Origin: Candidatus Bathyarchaeia archaeon
GTDB taxonomy: Archaea; Thermoproteota; Bathyarchaeia; 40CM-2-53-6
Length of the DNA: 64,000 bases
NCBI GenBank assembly: GCA_049517415.1
Contig: JBEKSC010000004.1
Span: 1-64,000 of the forward strand
Direction of reading: 5' to 3'
Below are positions 58,313 to 64,000 of this stretch, piece after piece (position 1 is the stretch's first letter; the number at the start of each line of letters is the position of its first letter). Position numbers and translations under genes: made by a program. A model generated the notes under the pieces. It had not been told where the DNA came from. It made no database searches and saw only the letters and a list, made by a program, of their open reading frames with translations.

Positions 58313-58369
58313 TCAGAAGAGCGTCAGAAATTCTTCGACCGTTAATCCTGCAACTGTGATTATGGCTCT
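58313..58369 (-). pseudogene. C-terminal remnant of a HicA toxin
   Basis: An alternate frame at the hicB end reads RAIITVAGLTVEEFLTLF*, matching the HicA C-terminal helix pattern. Confidence 0.65.
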
Positions 58370-58554
58370 TCAATAGGCGGGGGAATGGGTTCATCGTGTT
58401 TCTTCAAGCTTCTGAGATAACCCTGAATTGCATCCTTGATATTAGTCAGCGCCTCTTCTCTGTTCTTTCCCTCAGAAATACATCCGGGCAGACTATCACA
58501 TTGCACAACGAACATACTGTCCTCATCTACCTCAAGAGATACCCTGAACTTCAT
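58360..58554 (-). CDS. HicB family antitoxin (UPF0150)
   Basis: FVVQCDSLPGCISEG..REEALTNIKDAI..YL. Confidence 0.88.
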   Translation of the reverse strand: MKFRVSLEVDEDSMFVVQCDSLPGCISEGKNREEALTNIKDAIQGYLRSLKKHDEPIPPPIEEP

Positions 58555-58853
58555 GCGAACTCCACTTCGGGTTGAACCGCGTTCTCTTTGGAACTGGCGG
58601 CCCTTATACTTTTACACGGTAGATAATCGGCCAACCAACGAAACACATTAAGCCATGGTTCTGACGGTATGAAAATTCTCATGTTGTCAGCCACTGTCCT
58701 AGGATGTGTTGGCTTAGGCCTGAAACGTGACTACCCCGCGTGAGGCTCTGACTAGAGGCATAGACGAAGGGCGAAATATGGACTGTCGATGTGGTCATAT
58801 CTGTCTAATCTTGTTGCAGAGTAGCGTGCGAGACTGCAGGTCCACAAGGATTT

Positions 58854-58872
58854 TATTATAATACATTATAAT
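58854..58872. promoter_or_regulatory. Tandem palindromes TATTATAATA / ATTATAAT upstream of the AbrB-VapC pair
   Basis: Two AT palindromes ~25-45 nt before the antitoxin start, consistent with a TATA box plus autoregulatory operator. Confidence 0.45.
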
Positions 58873-58897
58873 ATAATCGCATACCTAGGCGGTCCGA

Positions 58898-59113
58898 TTG
58901 GTGATCGAGGCAAAGGTTAGGAAGATTGGAACAGGACTTGGGATCCTGATTCCAAAGAAGACGCTCGAAGCGGTGGGCGCGAGAGAGGGGACCGTTGTCA
59001 TAGTCAAGAGAATAGAACGGCCCGTGAAGGAAATCCGGGGAATACTGAAGGGGTCTCGCTTTAGGTTCGAGAGACAGGCAGAAGATAGAGATCTGAATGA
59101 CCGTCAGCAATAG
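58898..59113 (+). CDS. AbrB/MazE/SpoVT family antitoxin
   Basis: AKVRKIGTGLGILIPKK......G..V; overlaps the PIN gene. Confidence 0.85.
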   Translation: MVIEAKVRKIGTGLGILIPKKTLEAVGAREGTVVIVKRIERPVKEIRGILKGSRFRFERQAEDRDLNDRQQ

Positions 59114-59507
59114 TGTGGTAATCTTCGACACCTATGCGTGGGTTGAGTACGCGCTCGATGGTCCTAAAGCCGAAAGAGTGGCACAGTTACTTGAGAGTGC
59201 TGCGGAGGCAATTACGCCCGCATCTGTCTTGGCCGAACTGAAAGAGTCGATGCTTAGGCAAGGCATTCGTGCCCCCGTCATGAACCACATACTGACCTAC
59301 ATCAAGAGCCGAACAACAGTAGCGGGAATCGACTCGACCGTCGCAGAACTCGCCGGAGAGATAAACTTCACCCAAAAAGGAACCATCAAAAACTGGGGCA
59401 TGCTCGATTCTTTCGTCTACGCTGCAGCCAAACTGCGCCGCGGAACAGTGCTAACGGGTGATCCTCATTTCAAACAACTAGAGGATGTGATCTACATCGG
59501 CGCATGA
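59097..59507 (+). CDS. VapC PIN-domain toxin
   Basis: IFDTYAWVEY, VLAEL, GMLDSFVYA, VLTGDPHF. Confidence 0.9.
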   Translation: MTVSNSVVIFDTYAWVEYALDGPKAERVAQLLESAAEAITPASVLAELKESMLRQGIRAPVMNHILTYIKSRTTVAGIDSTVAELAGEINFTQKGTIKNWGMLDSFVYAAAKLRRGTVLTGDPHFKQLEDVIYIGA

Positions 59508-59686
59508 AGAAGGCGCTAAAGAAGAGGCTCTGTGAAATCAGAAGCTGGATTAAATGTGACCCAGCGCAGAAGCGAATCCGAAGAGACTCACTATCACTTG
59601 AATGATCCCTCTCCTGAGCGCTTCTTCGCATGCGACCTAATCACATGGGTGCAAGAAGTTTTATTTCACTGGAAGACCATGCGAAC

Positions 59687-60373
59687 TTGGTTGCTAGAAC
59701 TTTGCGTAGGACACTATACGCCATAGCCGCGTTGTTGATTGTTTCGTTACTTGTTGGCTCCGTGGGGGCTCAGGGGTTCCCGATTAGTCTGGGTTTTGGT
59801 ACCGGACTTCCAATGCCAATCGGCCAAACAGACATAGTCACAGTCACGGTGACCAATATAGTGAATAGCACAATTCAATTGACTTTTCTGGGGCTTCGGT
59901 TCGAGTGGGATTTAGCGAACAACTTCTTCATTGGGAACAACAGCGAGAAAGGTGCGGTATTAGCTGCAACGGAGCAAATCATATACTCCATACCCGTCAC
60001 GGTTCCTGGCAACGTCACACTTGGAACGCACCGGCTGAGCGCGTACGTTACGTACCGTGTGAATAACAAAGGAAAATGGACAGGCGTACTCGCAGGCTGG
60101 TGGGTCACGGACCTCCAAATGGCCTACGCACCAACCACGCAAGCCCCAACCTCAACGCCGAGCGCGGCGCCGCCGTCGTCATTCAGCCTTGAAACCGTAG
60201 GCGCGCTCGCCGCGGTAGTCGCGATAGGACTATTTCTGGAACGTGGCCACATCAGCCGATTCGTGAGCAAATACCGAAAAACCAAAACACCTTCGGCCGG
60301 GCCTGAAAGTGAGAAGCCTAAAGATGAGAAACAGGAGCAGGTAGAAAAGAAGGAGGCCGAAGAAGACCTCTAA
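59687..60373 (+). CDS. Secreted/membrane-anchored Ig-like hypothetical protein (copy B)
   Basis: Near-identical stretches with 53940..54641 (e.g. HRLSAYVTYRVNNKGKWTG); acidic C-terminus. Confidence 0.75.
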   Translation: MVARTLRRTLYAIAALLIVSLLVGSVGAQGFPISLGFGTGLPMPIGQTDIVTVTVTNIVNSTIQLTFLGLRFEWDLANNFFIGNNSEKGAVLAATEQIIYSIPVTVPGNVTLGTHRLSAYVTYRVNNKGKWTGVLAGWWVTDLQMAYAPTTQAPTSTPSAAPPSSFSLETVGALAAVVAIGLFLERGHISRFVSKYRKTKTPSAGPESEKPKDEKQEQVEKKEAEEDL

Positions 60374-60399
60374 ACGCCCCGACCATCTTCCTAGAAGTC

Positions 60400-60966
60400 T
60401 TGGATGGCTTCTCAACGATGAAAGGAATGAGAGAAGCCCGAACAATTCCGTTATCCGCGTTGCTCCTGATCATTTTTCTAATTCTCGTCATGCAACCGGT
60501 GAGTGCGCAAACGCCATTCAATGTCGATTTTTCGTTTCAGTCCAGCTGGCTCGTCTCCGGTGCGCCCAACTCGGCCGTTATCCATTTCCAGAACATTGCG
60601 CTTGTACCGATCCTACTGGTGTCAGTTGGAATCAATTTCCCATGGATGCAGACCGACTCCTACATTATACCGAACGCCTCTCAAGCGGACCTGGCCGTCA
60701 ACCAGACGTTAGTGTACACTATCCCATTCGAAGTGCCGGCAAACGTGTCCACAGGAGAATACTACATGAATACTCTGGTGAGCTTCCAAACCAATCAATC
60801 GGTAGGGGTTGAATGGGTCGCATACGTCCGATATATCGCAGTGGTAGGCCAAGTGACGCCGTTCTGGGTGGGCTACGATTTGTCTGACGGGCGCCTGTAT
60901 TCGGCTATGGCGGTTATCATTTTGGTTGGATGGTTTTTGCCGAGAAAGTTGCGGTCTAAGGCGTGA
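60400..60966 (+). CDS. Secreted/membrane-anchored hypothetical protein, distant relative of copies A/B
   Basis: Signal peptide, SVGINFPW (cf. FVGLRFEW), YTIPFEVPANVSTG (cf. YSIPVTVPGNVTLG), C-terminal TM. Confidence 0.65.
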   Translation: MDGFSTMKGMREARTIPLSALLLIIFLILVMQPVSAQTPFNVDFSFQSSWLVSGAPNSAVIHFQNIALVPILLVSVGINFPWMQTDSYIIPNASQADLAVNQTLVYTIPFEVPANVSTGEYYMNTLVSFQTNQSVGVEWVAYVRYIAVVGQVTPFWVGYDLSDGRLYSAMAVIILVGWFLPRKLRSKA

Positions 60967-60975
60967 GGGCTGAGG

Positions 60976-62145
60976 TTGCAGCTTAGACTGAGGGATATCT
61001 TAGCGCTTACTACTGTCGCCTACCTTGTTAGCGTAGCACACAAGCTCCTTTTCCCTAGAATTCTATTTTTTCCTACTGACATTGGATACGTCTACTTTCT
61101 CTTCGTACTGCCGACAAACAATGGGATCCCGTATCATGCTTATTCCGCGCTCAGCCATCCTGGCTATGTATATCCTGCGATTCCATCGATTCTGACGTGG
61201 CTGAGTGGGTTTGCTCCAGACCCACTAACCTTCTTTGCCACCATGGCTTTCCTGACGTTTCCCTTCGTCTTGGGTGGAGCTTACTTTCTATATCGGATAT
61301 GCACGGAGTTCGGTTTTGACCGGGGGAGGATGCTCCCGTTCTTCATTATGGCCCCCTCGTTCCTGATACTCTCCTTCTATAGTTGGGACATTATCGCGGC
61401 GTCTTTCGTAATTATCGCGATTTACTTCGTCTTCAAGAAAAGGCCGAGACTTACGGGTCTGTGTATAGGGTTGGGGTTCGCGGCGAAGGCGTACCCGCTG
61501 CTCCTTCTGCCGGTGTTTCTGAAGGAGGCGGAGTCTTGGCGGGGTCGTTTAGAGTTGTTTCTCTCAGCCGCCTTGGGGGCGCTTCTTCCCAACTTGCCAT
61601 TCATGATCATCGACTTTCACGGATGGTTCTCCACTGTAGCCTGGCCTTCCGGGGCTGAGCCTGGGGGGACTGGAGGATTCTACCTTGAAAACAGCATATG
61701 GGTCATCATACGTTACTACCACTTGATCAGCCAAGACTGGCTGATGGGAGCGATCGTCTGGTCGCTCATAGCACTGGGAATTCTTTACGTGACCTTTTCC
61801 AGTTATCCCTTCGTCAAGAAGTTGTGGCTTGTAGTCGCGATTACGATCCTCATATTTCCCATATACCCGCCGCAATTCAACGTTTGGTTGCTCCCGCTCT
61901 TCGTACTGAACCCTCTTCCCCTTATTCCATTCTTGGTGTTTGATTTTCTTGATACAGCCATTATTCTTTCTTGGTTCACGGTTGACGACCCACGCCAACC
62001 CTGGGGCCCAGTCTGGATCATATTCGTAATCAGAATAGTGGTGCTAGCGCTCATACTGACTTGGGCTGCACTAAAAAGAAACGACCAGCCCCCACATTCA
62101 AGAGTAGAATCGGTTTTGCCCGATCCTACCGCGGCCACGACATAA
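60976..62145 (+). CDS. Glycosyltransferase family 87-like (GT-C) multi-TM protein
   Basis: TDI..Y, YVYP, WDII, GLGFAAKAYPLLLLP, NLPF, PQFNVWLLP. Confidence 0.8.
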   Translation: MQLRLRDILALTTVAYLVSVAHKLLFPRILFFPTDIGYVYFLFVLPTNNGIPYHAYSALSHPGYVYPAIPSILTWLSGFAPDPLTFFATMAFLTFPFVLGGAYFLYRICTEFGFDRGRMLPFFIMAPSFLILSFYSWDIIAASFVIIAIYFVFKKRPRLTGLCIGLGFAAKAYPLLLLPVFLKEAESWRGRLELFLSAALGALLPNLPFMIIDFHGWFSTVAWPSGAEPGGTGGFYLENSIWVIIRYYHLISQDWLMGAIVWSLIALGILYVTFSSYPFVKKLWLVVAITILIFPIYPPQFNVWLLPLFVLNPLPLIPFLVFDFLDTAIILSWFTVDDPRQPWGPVWIIFVIRIVVLALILTWAALKRNDQPPHSRVESVLPDPTAATT

Positions 62146-62399
62146 GCCACTGTCCTTGGCTCGTGCCGCGAAAGTGCAACTGTCTAACAATGGCGACGAG
62201 ACAACTGGATGGCCACAGAGGTGATTCCCAGGTTTGCTCAGATCCTCGACTGACGTTCGTGATAATACATGCAAGATACGTGCCCTTGTATCTGTTCTTC
62301 CGAAGCCGAAACTAGATAAATCGAGCCGGTCACCTTCCGAAGACTTTTCGGGAAGAACACAAATAGGTTAAGAATCCGTGGCAATAACTTTCTTGAGTT

Positions 62400-63467
62400 A
62401 TGGTATCCACGAAGCGTTCGCTCATCTCAATATTCCTCATCATCATCGTTTCTTCAACGGTGGTTGGTGCCTACTTTGTATTTCTGGCCCCTCCTAAGAC
62501 ACCAGCTAGTAATGTGGTCAAAGTTACTCGTTACGTCGGGGCCCTGGCCGATAGCGAGGCAGCGTTCTTCGCTGCCGACGCAGAAGGATTTTACGAACAG
62601 AATGGGATTTCATTGACGCAAGTCATAACGGGCGGAACAACTGTTGCGATCCAAGCTCTAGCAGCTGACAAAACGGGCTTATCATTCGTGTGGGGTAGTC
62701 TCATCAATATTGTGTTATTTGAGAGTCAAAATCCAAACTCCACCGAACTCATTAGTGTCGCTAGCACCGGCCACGCAAATCCAGTTAGTATTCAGTACCT
62801 CAAGAGCAGTGGGATTTCCAAACCTTCGGATTTGGTCGGGAAAGTAGTCGGGGTCAATCCGACAGGCCTAAGTTTCACCATGTTTCAAGCTTTCTTGAAG
62901 CAGAACGGCCTTACTGACAAAATACGTATCGAGATGATCGCAGTTCCAGCTCTCGTTCCGGCACTCCTATCAAGGAAAGTCGACGCGATCGTTCAATTTG
63001 CAACCAACTTCGCTGTCTTGAACTCTAACGCCAAGGAGATCAATGAGGAGGCTAGTATGTTTCTCCTATCCGACTACGGGCTGCCAAACCTTGGGCTTGG
63101 GATTATCGTGCAGAAGAAACTGGTTAGCGATCGCCCAGACGTCGTGAAGAGGATTGTGAACGCGACGATGCAAGGGATGCGGTTTTGTGTTCTTGAACCA
63201 GCCTCCTGCGCTGCAGATTTCGTAAAAGTCAATCCAACATTCGAGTTTAATGAAACATTGGACGACTTGGGTTTCTTCATTAACTTCGATCTTGGCCCCC
63301 CATTCAACAACCACGATAAGATGACTAACCTAACCGCTCTACAGCTTGGTTGGCATGACCCAAAGGAGGTGGCACAAATAGTTGAGTTCGCCAAGGAAAC
63401 ATATAGTGTCTCTGCGGAACTTAGTCCAGAATCGGTTTACACAAATCAATTTGTTGAGCAGCCCTAA
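62400..63467 (+). CDS. ABC transporter substrate-binding protein (NMT1/THI5, SsuA/TauA-like)
   Basis: N-terminal anchor, A..GFY..NGI, I..PSDL.GK.VG, L.SRKVDA, YTNQFV. Confidence 0.88.
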   Translation: MVSTKRSLISIFLIIIVSSTVVGAYFVFLAPPKTPASNVVKVTRYVGALADSEAAFFAADAEGFYEQNGISLTQVITGGTTVAIQALAADKTGLSFVWGSLINIVLFESQNPNSTELISVASTGHANPVSIQYLKSSGISKPSDLVGKVVGVNPTGLSFTMFQAFLKQNGLTDKIRIEMIAVPALVPALLSRKVDAIVQFATNFAVLNSNAKEINEEASMFLLSDYGLPNLGLGIIVQKKLVSDRPDVVKRIVNATMQGMRFCVLEPASCAADFVKVNPTFEFNETLDDLGFFINFDLGPPFNNHDKMTNLTALQLGWHDPKEVAQIVEFAKETYSVSAELSPESVYTNQFVEQP

Positions 63468-63484
63468 GATCGAACTGAACACAC

Positions 63485-64000
63485 TTGCGATTTGCATATA
63501 CGTTCCAAAGGAATTTCAAGGACAGGCTTATCGTTGTAGTTGTCTTCGTCATCGCGGTTATGCTGTGGCAATTCACATCAGCAGTGGGCCTAGTTCCGCG
63601 GTATCTTATTCCACCGCCAACTGAGATAGTCAAAGAACTGTTCAACCCGAGCGTAGATTGGCCTAAGCAAATTCTAGCAACCACCGCAACGATCATTTTG
63701 GGATTTGCATTCGGCACTCTGGGTGGAGTAGCGCTTGCCTTCTTGGTTACACTGTCCCGTCTACTAAGAAAAATCCTGCTACCCTACTTAGTTGGCATTG
63801 AGGCTTTACCCAAGATCGCGATTGCTCCGGTCTTATACATTCTACTTGGGTTCAGCGACCTGGCTAGAATTGTTCTGGTCGTCCTCCTCACTTTCTTTCC
63901 CGTTGTAATCGCCACATCAACGGGTCTTGTTGATGTCGATCAGAATCTTCTTTATCTGCTAAGATCACTCGGCGCCAGTGAAACCAAAATCTTTTACAAG
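63485..64000 (+). CDS. ABC transporter permease (SsuC/TauC-like), partial
   Basis: Manual translation: ...VMLWQF...VPRYLIPPPTEI...ALPKIAIAP...FFPV...GAS; runs off the right edge. Confidence 0.85.
   Translation, partial: MRFAYTFQRNFKDRLIVVVVFVIAVMLWQFTSAVGLVPRYLIPPPTEIVKELFNPSVDWPKQILATTATIILGFAFGTLGGVALAFLVTLSRLLRKILLPYLVGIEALPKIAIAPVLYILLGFSDLARIVLVVLLTFFPVVIATSTGLVDVDQNLLYLLRSLGASETKIFYK

Noticed and set aside
43249..60373. Provirus, transposon or diversity-generating retroelement explaining the duplications
   Set aside because: No integrase, transposase, capsid or reverse transcriptase gene. The 66-bp copy's mismatches are not adenine-specific.

Overview
Gene-dense archaeal chromosome segment. 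A TACK/Bathyarchaeia-like origin is inferred from the crenarchaeal-type SSB, MptB homolog, FrhB, DUF929 and thiolase+DUF35 pair; it cannot be proven here. The first ~43 kb is mostly metabolic and housekeeping genes: LysE, VIT1, CBS proteins, saccharopine/lysine dehydrogenase, aldehyde dehydrogenase, FrhB, pyrD, thrBC, a frameshifted thiolase plus DUF35, SDR, class III aminotransferase, crotonase, serS, nrdJ, mptB-like HD protein, folE-queD-queC, MPG, GT2, rhomboid, SSB and HAD. It includes a coproporphyrin-dependent-type heme cluster (radical SAM/SPASM, TetR, hemC, hemD, hemB, chdC, hemE, cpfC) with no hemY in view. A ~200-nt gap at 39772-39972 folds by eye into a nested, possibly pseudoknotted structure that matches no RNA family I recognise. 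The region 43.2-62.1 kb is a cell-surface island. It has two membrane-anchored repeat-propeller paralogs flanking a 1596-aa Thr-rich mucin-like protein, a duplicated gene pair bracketing a secreted protein and four toxin-antitoxin modules (two toxins destroyed by deletions), and a GT87-like glycosyltransferase. A nitrate/sulfonate/thiamine-precursor-type ABC transporter runs off the right end. No tRNA, rRNA, CRISPR array, integrase or transposase was seen. All calls are by-eye motif recognition; no searches were run.
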